This document shows positions 1 to 8,098 of a stretch of 59,134 nucleotides of DNA, one piece after another. The notes beneath the pieces were generated by a model. That model had not been told where the DNA came from. It saw nothing but the letters and a program-made list of their open reading frames with translations, and searched no databases. The translations under genes and the position numbers were made by a program. Numbering within the stretch: position 1 is the stretch's first letter; each line of letters opens with the position of its first letter. Origin of the DNA: a virus (taxonomy: Duplodnaviria; Caudoviricetes); IMG/VR virus record IMGVR_UViG_3300046012_000561, positions 1 to 59,134 of that record. One strand, written 5' to 3'.

Positions 1-789
1 GGGCGCGCCCCGGACGCCGCAGATGAAAGCGAGATCGGCGGTCGGGCCGGCCGCCAAGGTCGCCGCTAGTATGGGCAGAATTGGGAGCGAGACGGTCATC
101 AGCCCTTGACCCTTCTCTGTCTGCAAGGTGGCGACGCCATCGCGGACATGCTGGCGGCCGATGGTCACCAAGTCGCCGCGGCGCAGGCCGGTATAAAGCA
201 GGACGTCGAGCCACACTCGTTGCCTGGTGCCGATGGGCCATTTCACCTGGTAGCGGTCCACCTCGTCCTCGGTCCAGATCGGAAAGCCCTGCGTCTTCTT
301 CTTGGGGAAGGCTTTGATGCCGATGGTGGGGTCCGTCTTCACATGCCCGGCCACAACTGCCCAGCGATAGACCGCGCGCATGATGACAAGAAAGCCCTTA
401 GCCTGTGATGGTGTGGCGGATCGGTTGTCGCGACCGCCCACAATGTCGTCCGGGCGTATGTCGGCGACAGCCACACTCCCGCTCTTGGCGATCACCTTGG
501 CCATGATGTTCTCGCGCTGGCGGCGGGTGCTGCGCTTCAGGCCGGTCCAGGCGCCGGTCTCGCGGAACCGATCCCACAGCCATGTCAGAGAGCCGGATGA
601 AGGCTTGGAGCGCGTCGGATGCTTCAGCGGGGCTCCAGCCAGGGCGGCCTGATACTGGGCCTCGAACTCGGGGGTGCCGAATTCGGCGGTTATGCGGGTG
701 CGCGCGCCCTTCCCCTTGCGGAAATACCAGACCAGCTTTCCGTGCTGGGTGCGCTGGCGCTGGAGGTGGGGAGGCCGGGGACGGGGCAT
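1..789 (-). CDS. int: Tyrosine recombinase/phage integrase (C-terminus runs off the left edge)
   Basis: Manual translation: MPRPRPPHLQRQRTQHGKLVWYFRKG...GFPIWTEDEVDRYQVKWPIGTRQRVWLDVLLYTGLRRGDLVTIGRQHV; LLYTGLR box I motif; not in the ORF track because there is no stop in the window. Confidence 0.92.
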   Translation of the reverse strand, partial: MPRPRPPHLQRQRTQHGKLVWYFRKGKGARTRITAEFGTPEFEAQYQAALAGAPLKHPTRSKPSSGSLTWLWDRFRETGAWTGLKRSTRRQRENIMAKVIAKSGSVAVADIRPDDIVGGRDNRSATPSQAKGFLVIMRAVYRWAVVAGHVKTDPTIGIKAFPKKKTQGFPIWTEDEVDRYQVKWPIGTRQRVWLDVLLYTGLRRGDLVTIGRQHVRDGVATLQTEKGQGLMTVSLPILPILAATLAAGPTADLAFICGVRGAP

Positions 790-797
790 TGGCCGGA

Positions 798-986
798 TCA
801 AAGGTCGATTCTCCTGCGCGGGCCAAGCTGCTCAGGGGTTTTCCCGTGCGGATGCACCCCAGCCGGTGTCAGGCGGATGGTGCCGTCCGGCAGGATGTCC
901 ACAGACATTTCCGCCCCCGCCTTGGCGGCGGCGGCGATGGCGCGGCGGATATCGGCCTGGGTGAAGCGGGCAGGGCGGCGGCTCAT
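798..986 (-). CDS. Small basic protein upstream of integrase, putative excisionase/recombination directionality factor
   Basis: MSRRPARFTQADIRRAIAAAAKAG...VDILPDGTIRL, 62 aa; position and sequence typical of alphaproteobacterial prophages. Confidence 0.6.
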   Translation of the reverse strand: MSRRPARFTQADIRRAIAAAAKAGAEMSVDILPDGTIRLTPAGVHPHGKTPEQLGPRRRIDL

Positions 987-1204
987 GTCCCCATCCTGGC
1001 CAGGGCGCATTTCGGGCCGCAGTAACCCTCGATGGCGGCTGTGTTGTCGGCGTTGGACCGGAAATAGAGCGGGGCGCGGATAGTCCATTCGCGGGCTGGG
1101 CGTTCGCCTCTGGTGCGGCTGAACGGCGCCACACCCTCGAAGAAGGGGTGATCGATGCAGGCGGTGGGGACGCCGCAGCCGGCGCAGCGATCGAGCGCCA
1201 TCAT
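983..1204 (-). CDS. Hypothetical Cys-rich protein (CxxC...CxxxC)
   Basis: MMALDRCAGCG...YCGPKCA, 73 aa; 4-nt overlaps with both neighbours. Confidence 0.6.
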   Translation of the reverse strand: MMALDRCAGCGVPTACIDHPFFEGVAPFSRTRGERPAREWTIRAPLYFRSNADNTAAIEGYCGPKCALARMGT

Positions 1205-1470
1205 ATTGGCAGCGCCCCTTGGGCCGGGCCTGGGGGCGTGCCGCGCGGATGACTGGGGCAATGGTCCAGGTCTTCGCCAACGCTGACGGCGCATTGCTTG
1301 CACAGCGGCTTGTCGCAGGTGCCGCTCTTGCGCGTCGGCGTCGGGAAATCGCAGCGCAGAGGCGCCCACCGAACGCAAGGCTTGTTCGAGCAGCGCACGC
1401 GCGGCCGATTGCCAACGCGCGCGAAGCCGGTCAGGCCGTCCGGAGTGGTGAAGGCAATGTCGGGCATCAC
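1201..1470 (-). CDS. Hypothetical zinc-finger-like protein
   Basis: CDFP...TCDKPLCKQCA...DHCPSH Cys/His pattern; coupled to the next gene. Confidence 0.65.
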   Translation of the reverse strand: MMPDIAFTTPDGLTGFARVGNRPRVRCSNKPCVRWAPLRCDFPTPTRKSGTCDKPLCKQCAVSVGEDLDHCPSHPRGTPPGPAQGALPI

Positions 1471-1481
1471 CGCTGCGGCTC

Positions 1482-1730
1482 CTATGCTCGAATGGGTGGA
1501 TGGCGAAGGTCGAAGGCCGCAAGCCGCAGGGTGGCGAACTCCATCGCCAGCCAGAACAAGCGATGATCCTCGCCATGCTCGGTCTTGATGGCGTCCATGC
1601 GCGCCAGGTCTTCGTCCCGGATGCGATCACGGTCCTGCTGGCGCTTCCGCGCGTCGAAGTCGCAGGTGCAGAGGCCATAGGTCTCCACCGTGATAAGCTG
1701 GCAGTCCGCGCGGTGGTCAATCTGTTCCAT
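1482..1730 (-). CDS. Hypothetical protein
   Basis: ORF fits the packed early operon. Confidence 0.55.
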   Translation of the reverse strand: MEQIDHRADCQLITVETYGLCTCDFDARKRQQDRDRIRDEDLARMDAIKTEHGEDHRLFWLAMEFATLRLAAFDLRHPPIRA

Positions 1731-1742
1731 CTTGGCGCTCCA

Positions 1743-1850
1743 CTAGATTTTCCGTTTGCCGCGAAGGCAGCGCCACGCCAGCACAAGGCCGATAAATCCG
1801 CCCACCAGCACTTGCGCCACTTCGGCCCCGATTTTGTGTCTCAGCTTCAC
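1743..1850 (-). CDS. Small membrane peptide (35 aa)
   Basis: Manual: MKLRHKIGAEVAQVLVGGFIGLVLAWRCLRGKRKI, GTG start, fills a gap in the operon. Confidence 0.45.
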   Translation of the reverse strand: MKLRHKIGAEVAQVLVGGFIGLVLAWRCLRGKRKI

Positions 1851-1862
1851 CGTGTCGGCTCG

Positions 1863-2180
1863 CTATTCGCTGGTGGTTTCGGTGACGGGGGGCATCGCCC
1901 ATTCGATCTTGCGCGCTCCGAACTCAATCTTCAGGTCCATCGCCAGCGCAAGGTCCGAAACTTGGTTCATGTCGTTGCCGGTTCCTTCGACAAGATCGTA
2001 AAGCCACTTGCGGACAGTCTCGGTCGGCTCATTCAGCCTGTTGGCTATTTCATCAAACCCCATGTCTTCTTCCGCCATTGCGCGGATGATGACGGACGCA
2101 ACGCGGCGTTTGGTTTTCCTGCGCGCCGACTCGATGGCCTGCGTCGGGATCAATCCTCTGTTCTTTGCCTGCATTGTCAT
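1863..2180 (-). CDS. HTH (XRE-like) DNA-binding protein
   Basis: MGFDEIANRLNEPTETVRKWL helix-turn-helix, followed by QVSDLALAMDLKIEF. Confidence 0.65.
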   Translation of the reverse strand: MTMQAKNRGLIPTQAIESARRKTKRRVASVIIRAMAEEDMGFDEIANRLNEPTETVRKWLYDLVEGTGNDMNQVSDLALAMDLKIEFGARKIEWAMPPVTETTSE

Positions 2181-2186
2181 GGCTCC

Positions 2187-2420
2187 TCAGTCTTCTAGGT
2201 GGAGGTTGACGGACAGCAGGTCCATCTTCCGGCTGCTGTTGCGTTCATTCCACCGCTCAGCGGCGACGTGCGGCTGGTGGCCCGTCACCATCGGGGAGAC
2301 ATGGCAGCTATTATCGCGGCACAGGATTGCGACCTTGGCGGGACCGCCGCCGTGCCATTTCACCATGCGCGGAGTGCTGCCACAGAACGGGCACTTTTTG
2401 ATAAGCCATTTCTTTCCCAT
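2187..2420 (-). CDS. Lar-family restriction alleviation protein
   Basis: KKCPFCG...ILCRDNSC...AAERWNER, the CPFCG/CxxxxC/WNxR signature. Confidence 0.8.
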   Translation of the reverse strand: MGKKWLIKKCPFCGSTPRMVKWHGGGPAKVAILCRDNSCHVSPMVTGHQPHVAAERWNERNSSRKMDLLSVNLHLED

Positions 2421-2433
2421 TCTTGGGCCTCCA

Positions 2434-2685
2434 CTAATTGATTCTGTTGGCGGCGCTGATGCACTCCGCCCAATATGCTATCGCAGCCTTCGCGGCTTGG
2501 CGGGCCATCTCCGCCGCAACCGGGTCGCTGATCGCCAGGCATTGCGCCGGGGTGTAACCATCCGGGCGCGTGATCGTCGGATCCTCGACATGCATCTGCG
2601 CTTCCATGATCCGGCAGGCCAGCTCATCCTCATGGATGGGGATGACGTAGCGGGCCTTAATCTTTTCTGCTTCGGCGCTGTTCAT
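2434..2685 (-). CDS. Hypothetical protein
   Basis: Start MNSAEAEK after a GGAG RBS. Confidence 0.55.
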   Translation of the reverse strand: MNSAEAEKIKARYVIPIHEDELACRIMEAQMHVEDPTITRPDGYTPAQCLAISDPVAAEMARQAAKAAIAYWAECISAANRIN

Positions 2686-2701
2686 CGAAATTGCTCCATT
2701 C

Positions 2702-2989
2702 CTACCAAAGGTCTTCGCTGAAAAGCTGATTGCCGACATTGAGTGCCGGGTGGTCGATCTGCGGTTGTCCAGCAGCCTTCACAACGCGCAGCGCCTTCCG
2801 GCGATTTACAAACCGCCCCCGGCTCGTGACAAAACCTTGCGCGTCGGGTCCGACGAAAATGTCCTTGCTCACCGTCTCCCAAATGTGGCGCATAACGTCA
2901 CAGTGACGCGCGGGGCGCGGCAGGGTGTAAACGACACCCTTAACGCTGACCGCCGCCGTCTCAACCGTTTCGCCTGCGATGGGGGACAT
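2702..2989 (-). CDS. Conserved phage hypothetical protein
   Basis: RH...QGFVTSRGRFVNR...GQ...LFSEDLW motif recurrent in phages; AAGGAG RBS. Confidence 0.75.
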   Translation of the reverse strand: MSPIAGETVETAAVSVKGVVYTLPRPARHCDVMRHIWETVSKDIFVGPDAQGFVTSRGRFVNRRKALRVVKAAGQPQIDHPALNVGNQLFSEDLW

Positions 2990-2996
2990 GGGCTCC

Positions 2997-3218
2997 TTAT
3001 TGGTCAGGCAAGGCACGGATTTCTTTGACACAATCCCGCACATCAGCATTAGTGAAAAACCACTTCCGCATGACGCGGATAATTTCATCCCGCATATCAC
3101 AGCGCCCGGCATGTCTTCCGCGCAAGTAGGCCAATTCTAGCGCGCCAGTAACATTGCGGTCCTCGCGCACCCGGTTTTTCCAAGGGCGCTTCAAGTCGGC
3201 TATGGCTTCACTGCTCAT
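2997..3218 (-). CDS. Hypothetical protein
   Basis: GAGGAG RBS, packed operon. Confidence 0.6.
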   Translation of the reverse strand: MSSEAIADLKRPWKNRVREDRNVTGALELAYLRGRHAGRCDMRDEIIRVMRKWFFTNADVRDCVKEIRALPDQ

Positions 3219-3227
3219 GAACGCTCC

Positions 3228-3425
3228 TCAGAATTTCAGCGTGTAGCCAAGGCGTAAGATTTCCTTGAGCGCATCGGCGGCGTGCATTCGGCCCGCAAAG
3301 TCGGTGCCGTGGTGATCTTGAACGCAGGTATTGAGATATCCGCGCAGTTCGCGGAATAGGCGTTGATGTTCTGCGCCGTCCGTAAGGTCATACGCGCGCG
3401 CCGGGTTGGGATTTGGGTTAGGCAT
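3228..3425 (-). CDS. Hypothetical protein
   Basis: ORF in early operon orientation. Confidence 0.55.
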   Translation of the reverse strand: MPNPNPNPARAYDLTDGAEHQRLFRELRGYLNTCVQDHHGTDFAGRMHAADALKEILRLGYTLKF

Positions 3426-3492
3426 AGGGCTCGTCTCTAATTGGTGGTTTCGGGGACGGGGTTTTCACCGCCGTTCCATTCTGTGAAGCCCT

Positions 3493-3672
3493 TCAGGACG
3501 CATCAGAAGGTTGACGGGGATATTTCGGAACCCTGGCGTTGTGCTGGTCGCGCAACACCTTGTCCGCGCCGTGATAGCGGCCCAAGACATACCCCGCGAT
3601 AAACAGCATCAAGGCCAGAGACGCCGCTACAATCTCGCTGGCCGGGTTATGAAGTGTGAATTGCAGATTCAT
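3493..3672 (-). CDS. Small single-TM protein (59 aa)
   Basis: Manual: MNLQFTLHNPASEIVAASLALMLFIAGYVLGRYHG...; GAGGA RBS; below the ORF-track cutoff. Confidence 0.55.
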   Translation of the reverse strand: MNLQFTLHNPASEIVAASLALMLFIAGYVLGRYHGADKVLRDQHNARVPKYPRQPSDAS

Positions 3673-3681
3673 GATTTCCTC

Positions 3682-3870
3682 TCAAAATTCCGGGGCAACT
3701 GACAGCCGCCATGCCGGTATCCAAACTTCCTTGTGCTCGCCGTTGCACCAATAGGCGCACTGAAATTCCGCCGCGCCTTCGGCCCGATAGAGCGCGCCCA
3801 CCACGACCATTTTGTTGCTCGCGTCTCCGTCCGCGATCACCTTCTGGCCGAAATCGAATTGGTGCTGCAC
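3682..3870 (-). CDS. YodC/DUF2158-like small protein
   Basis: FDFGQKV...KMVV...FQCAYWCNG pattern. Confidence 0.55.
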   Translation of the reverse strand: MQHQFDFGQKVIADGDASNKMVVVGALYRAEGAAEFQCAYWCNGEHKEVWIPAWRLSVAPEF

Positions 3871-3883
3871 CAGATGCTCCTCG

Positions 3884-4174
3884 TCAGTGAACGCCGTTAA
3901 GGCGCATGTTGCGGTTGTGCTGCGACAAGGCGTCAGCCGTCATCTTGCCGAACTCGCATTGGGCCACCAGCATCGGGTGCGAAGCTCTGACCGTTTCGAC
4001 AGCATGGCGGAAATCCATCTCCCCGCGCTCGACCGCACAGTGGATGCCGTAGTCGCTTTCCAGCTCGCCGGTGAAGCAAGTCAGTAGGTTCGGCACATGC
4101 CCGGCGACATACAGCGGGCAATGCTGGATCGCATCCTTGTGGGGGCAGTCAGCGAAGTTCTTTGCGTGGCGCAC
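3884..4174 (-). CDS. Hypothetical Cys/His-rich protein
   Basis: Coupled ORF with CPH/CPLY motifs. Confidence 0.6.
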   Translation of the reverse strand: MRHAKNFADCPHKDAIQHCPLYVAGHVPNLLTCFTGELESDYGIHCAVERGEMDFRHAVETVRASHPMLVAQCEFGKMTADALSQHNRNMRLNGVH

Positions 4175-4380
4175 TATCGACCCCCGCCACGCGCGGCTAG
4201 CGCCGCTTTGCCCGCTTCGTTAATAAAACACAGCGGGCCATCGACCTCGACCAGGGGCGGGTCTTGCATCCCCAACGTGATGAGGTTCTGCCGGTGCGCT
4301 TCGCTGCACCTGCCAAGATCGGCACGGCGCTGTTGCACCGCCGCCAGGCTCGCCCATTCGTGTCGGTTAAGGTTCGGCAT
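4174..4380 (-). CDS. Hypothetical protein (possible small winged helix)
   Basis: LITLG...LVE...FINEAGKAAL; AGGAG RBS. Confidence 0.55.
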   Translation of the reverse strand: MPNLNRHEWASLAAVQQRRADLGRCSEAHRQNLITLGMQDPPLVEVDGPLCFINEAGKAALAARGGGR

Positions 4381-4387
4381 GACGCTC

Positions 4388-4567
4388 CTATTCCTCTATG
4401 CCTTCGCGGCACTCAAAATGACTGTTGCCTTTGCCGACGATGCGGATGCGCGTGGGGTAGCAGGACAGTTTTTCACCGGCCTTCAAAACTGCGAGCTTGT
4501 CATAGCCGCGCACCTTGACCTCCAATTCGGCGGGGCCGTGGTTTTTGATCGTGTGATAGGTGTCCAT
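4388..4567 (-). CDS. Hypothetical protein (59 aa)
   Basis: Manual: MDTYHTIKNHGPAELEVKVRG...; GAGGAG RBS. Confidence 0.5.
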   Translation of the reverse strand: MDTYHTIKNHGPAELEVKVRGYDKLAVLKAGEKLSCYPTRIRIVGKGNSHFECREGIEE

Positions 4568-4578
4568 GAAACGGCTCC

Positions 4579-4767
4579 TCAGGCTGCTGTGACTGTTCTG
4601 GCGTCAAACATAGGATGGCAGGGCGCGTGCCCGACGACGCAGTAGCGAACCTCGCCCGCGTCGTTCACCCATGCGTCACCCGCGAAGGCGTCACCGCGCG
4701 ATATGCGGCGGTCCGCTTCCGGCTGGCGCTTCCAGTTAACGTCTTTGAATGTCGGCCATTTGGTCAT
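4579..4767 (-). CDS. Hypothetical protein
   Basis: ORF in early operon. Confidence 0.5.
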   Translation of the reverse strand: MTKWPTFKDVNWKRQPEADRRISRGDAFAGDAWVNDAGEVRYCVVGHAPCHPMFDARTVTAA

Positions 4768-5042
4768 GGTGGTGATCGCTCGCTATCGGTTGGAAGGTTT
4801 GCGGAAGGAAGGGCGGCGGCATGGCGCAATCAACTGTGCCTTGGTGATCGCCGTCATGTCGTCGGCCGTCATGATCCTGGCAATGATTTCGCGGACAGGT
4901 TCGCGCATCGCCTCGACCTCATCGCGCTCGCGCGAATGGCGATGAGGTGCTGCATGAGCCCGCCGGCGTCGAAACTCGCGTCTTTCAATAGCGGTGTGGG
5001 GCTCGCCCTGGTCGAGGCTTGCGGCGGGACCTTTCTGTGACC

Positions 5043-5393
5043 TCATGGTTGGTCGCCCCCGTCGAACTTGGCCCAATGGGTGATGTTGTCGGCCGCGAGC
5101 TCGTCGCCTTCAGCCGCCCAGCCATAGGCGTGGCGAGTAGGAATCCACCAGACGAAGCCGCGATCATTTTTGCTACGCGTTCGGTACATCTTCCCGTCTT
5201 GGGGGACTGGCGCCAGGGTGATGTCCACCCAGTTGGCGCGCAGGCTGTCATGGACGGCCTGCATCGCCGCCAGTTCCTTGTCGGCGTCTTCCTGTTTCAT
5301 CCGGCCCGACGCCACCCATTTGGGATAGACGTTCTGGCGCATTGCGATCTCGCGCCGGACGCAGCGGATTTGATCGGCGACGGTGACGGTCAC
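5043..5393 (-). CDS. Phage hypothetical protein (helical N-domain plus DUF551-like C-domain)
   Basis: DQIRCVRREIAMRQNVYPKWV...; C-terminal W...P.DG...ITHW. Confidence 0.65.
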   Translation of the reverse strand: MTVTVADQIRCVRREIAMRQNVYPKWVASGRMKQEDADKELAAMQAVHDSLRANWVDITLAPVPQDGKMYRTRSKNDRGFVWWIPTRHAYGWAAEGDELAADNITHWAKFDGGDQP

Positions 5394-5620
5394 GGCAACC
5401 TCCCAAAATAGATGACGCCCCTGGTGAAGAGGCTGTTCGCGGCCTTGGTGCCGACCAGCTTCATGAATTCGCCGGATGTGGTGGCGGCGAGGATTTTTGC
5501 CACCAGGGCCTTGTCCTCATCGGAGGCGCGCGTCTCGTCCATTTGCAGAAGCCCGCGCAGGGCGAAGCAGTTCTGTTCGAGCAGGGTGGGGGCTTGCTGC
5601 GCTTCAGCCAGGGTGGTCAT
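5390..5620 (-). CDS. Hypothetical protein
   Basis: 4-nt overlaps on both sides. Confidence 0.6.
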   Translation of the reverse strand: MTTLAEAQQAPTLLEQNCFALRGLLQMDETRASDEDKALVAKILAATTSGEFMKLVGTKAANSLFTRGVIYFGRLP

Positions 5621-7332
5621 GCTGCCAGCACCTCGCGGGCCCAGGCCGACAGGCTCACCATGCCCGGCGACGGCTTCTCGAACACCGTCAGGGTGCAGAG
5701 CGCGCCGATCAGGTTGTTGAAGCCGCCACTGGTGGGGGAATAGTCAGTGGCGGCGGCGAGATCGTCCCTGCTCATGGGGCCGTCCTCCAGCAGCACCGCC
5801 ACAGCCAGTTTCTGCTGCGGTACCGACAGGACGGACATCACCTTGCCCTTGGCCTCGTTCTGGTTCAGGGCGTCATAGGGTGCGCCTTCCGCCAGGGCGA
5901 CATGTCCCGGCTTGGGGATGGTGATGAGGCCCGCCGTATTGAGCTGGCCCAGGAGATTGTTGAAACCTCCCGACGATGGGCTGTAACCCGCAACGCCTGC
6001 CACCTGTGCGCGGCTGGGCTCGTCCGTCCCGACGCTGGCCCAGAATCCGATCGAGGCCAGGACGCGCCGTTGGGGCTGGGGAAGACCGTCTGCGCTGCCT
6101 GCCGACGCCTGCCGGGGGTTCGCGGGGCGCGGCGGGATGGCTCCGGCGGGCGCTGGCGCCGGGATATGGCGGCTCGACCCGACGTTGACCGCCCGCATTT
6201 TCTGCCCAGGGATTGGCTTCCGAGCCGGAACAAGGGCAGGTTCGAACACCGCGCGCCGCGCCGCCAGAAACTCAAACCCAGCCCTGAAGCTGGCCTGGTG
6301 CTGGGCGTCCAGCATGGCGGGGATGGTGTCGCGAACGGCATTGGCGCCTTCCGCGCGCGCCGCCGCCAGTGCCTTTTCCTGGGCCTTATTGTCGGGGGTG
6401 ATAGCTTTTGCGACCGGCTGGGAGGTTTGCGGCGCCGCCTTGGGCTTGTCCTTCTCGGCCAGCTTGGCGGTCATCTGCGCCACGAAGGCCCCCGCCGCCA
6501 CCGGCTTGCGCTTCTCGGCTCCTGGTACCGCCGCGGCCCGCCTGTCCGGGTGCTGGCTGTTCTTGGCCGGCACCTGCAGATGGACCGGCTTCGTCAGGTC
6601 ATTGATGAAGGCCCAGCACTCGCCGGATTTCAGGCTGGGGAGGCTCTCGGCGATTTTCTTTTCTTCGCCTTCCGACAGGTCCAGCAGCGAGATCCACTTC
6701 TTCAGGTCCAGGATCGTGTTCTTGCCCTTTTGGCGGTGGACGAAGACGTTCGCGCAAAGCTCCAGGACTGACTTGTTGAGGTCGGCGCTGCGCTGGTTGA
6801 TGAGGGTACAGCCGAGCTTGGAATTGCCGCCCATGCGGACCAGCTTTTCCACCGCCGAGAACACCAGCATGTCCTGCGGCCGCTGGGGGACAAACTCGGC
6901 CGCTTCCTCGATGAAGATGTGGCGCAGGCCGTGATCGGCGTTCTCATGCAAGAGAATTTCCACCGTCTCGCGCACGATGCGGCGCCAGTCGGCTTTCGAC
7001 ATCTCGATGCTGAACAGGTCCAGCACCAGGCTGACCCCTGCCTCCATCGCGGCCCTGACGATTGCTCCCGCGTTCTTGATGGTCAGAGGCAAGTCGCCAT
7101 GCTTCCCGCCGGCCACCACCACCGGATAGCCCTTACCCCGTCCTGGAATACGAAGGCTGTGCCAGACCCCAATAGGGTCCAGGGCGATGAATGGCACGCT
7201 CGCGTCGTACAGTTCTTCCGCTGCTTCGGTGGCGGTGTAAGTCTTGCCGGAATCGCGTATGCCGAGAATGGCATTAGCCGAGATGGCGTATTCGCTGAGG
7301 GACCAGCCCTTAACGCCAAGGATCGTGGTCAT
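5617..7332 (-). CDS. HerA/FtsK-like (DUF87-type) P-loop ATPase with two C-terminal winged-helix-like repeats
   Basis: Walker A GIRDSGKT, LDPIG, Walker B IFIEEA, LINQRSA; repeats GYSPSSGGFNNLLGQL and DYSPTSGGFNNLIGAL. Confidence 0.85.
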   Translation of the reverse strand: MTTILGVKGWSLSEYAISANAILGIRDSGKTYTATEAAEELYDASVPFIALDPIGVWHSLRIPGRGKGYPVVVAGGKHGDLPLTIKNAGAIVRAAMEAGVSLVLDLFSIEMSKADWRRIVRETVEILLHENADHGLRHIFIEEAAEFVPQRPQDMLVFSAVEKLVRMGGNSKLGCTLINQRSADLNKSVLELCANVFVHRQKGKNTILDLKKWISLLDLSEGEEKKIAESLPSLKSGECWAFINDLTKPVHLQVPAKNSQHPDRRAAAVPGAEKRKPVAAGAFVAQMTAKLAEKDKPKAAPQTSQPVAKAITPDNKAQEKALAAARAEGANAVRDTIPAMLDAQHQASFRAGFEFLAARRAVFEPALVPARKPIPGQKMRAVNVGSSRHIPAPAPAGAIPPRPANPRQASAGSADGLPQPQRRVLASIGFWASVGTDEPSRAQVAGVAGYSPSSGGFNNLLGQLNTAGLITIPKPGHVALAEGAPYDALNQNEAKGKVMSVLSVPQQKLAVAVLLEDGPMSRDDLAAATDYSPTSGGFNNLIGALCTLTVFEKPSPGMVSLSAWAREVLAA

Positions 7333-7859
7333 GCGGGCTGGGCCTCCCTCGGGGCCTTGGCGGGGCGCAAAAGCCTAGCCTTGATGGGTTCCAGGTCGAA
7401 GAAGTGATCGGCCTGCCGGCGAAGGGCGTCAGCACAGCGAACCTTTACGGTTGCGATAGTCACGCGCTTGCCGTGGCGCTGTAGGGTCTGCACCAATGGA
7501 AGAAATTGCTCATCGCCCGTGCAGAGGATGAGGTGCTGCACGCTATCGGCTATATCGAAGGCAGCGGACGCCAGATCCACCGCCAGGCTGCAATTTCCGA
7601 AGCGGCTATCGCCCCCTCGATCCTGCAACTCCTTCGTCACCACCTCGAAGCCGTGATAGTCGAGGAAGTCGAGCATCTGCCGAAGCGGCCGATATTCGTC
7701 CTGGCCGACAATGTCGATCGAGAAGAAATAGGGCCGGATCAGGTAGCGATCACCTGTCAGCGCCGCCACCAGGGCGAGATAGTCGATTGCCATCCCATCG
7801 CAGCGCAGGGCTGCATGGACGTTCTGGCCGTCGATCAGGATTGCAATGCGTTCTTTCAA
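7329..7859 (-). CDS. NYN/LabA (DUF88, PIN-like) domain protein with an apparently degenerate active site
   Basis: RIAILIDGQN, LDFLDYHGFEVVTK, LCTGDEQF, LQRHGKRV, ADALRRQADHFFDL; TTG start overlaps the ACP stop. Confidence 0.85.
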   Translation of the reverse strand: MKERIAILIDGQNVHAALRCDGMAIDYLALVAALTGDRYLIRPYFFSIDIVGQDEYRPLRQMLDFLDYHGFEVVTKELQDRGGDSRFGNCSLAVDLASAAFDIADSVQHLILCTGDEQFLPLVQTLQRHGKRVTIATVKVRCADALRRQADHFFDLEPIKARLLRPAKAPREAQPA

Positions 7860-8098
7860 AGGGCGCTCTCCACCAGCTTAAACAGGTCTTCGACGGTCAG
7901 GATCGTTGTCACCTGCTCATCAAGCAGGACGACGCCAAAGGCTTCCTCGCAGGCCATGGCGGCTTCCACGATGTCGAGGCTATCCATGCCGAGGTCCATC
8001 ACCAGGTCGTATTCCGGCTTGATGATGCTGCGGTCCCGGCAGGCCTGTTCGGCCAGGATGGTGATGATCTGCTCGCGCAGGTTGGGCTGGCATGTCAT
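7856..8098 (-). CDS. acpP: Acyl carrier protein (phage-encoded)
   Basis: 80 aa, acidic; DLGMDSLDIVE phosphopantetheinylation motif, EEAFGV, ILTVEDL. Confidence 0.88.
   Translation of the reverse strand: MTCQPNLREQIITILAEQACRDRSIIKPEYDLVMDLGMDSLDIVEAAMACEEAFGVVLLDEQVTTILTVEDLFKLVESAL

Noticed and set aside
81-1083. Plus-strand ORFs at the left edge
   Set aside because: Antisense to the clear integrase reading frame
4783-5046. ORF between 5043-5393 and 4579-4767
   Set aside because: Protein-like character seems to switch between frames; it could be a frameshifted gene or an error and cannot be called
5617-7859. Known HerA-based defence system (Sir2-HerA, DUF4297-HerA) or NurA-HerA
   Set aside because: The partner is NYN-like, and the genes sit in the CI-controlled early operon with phage-typical composition
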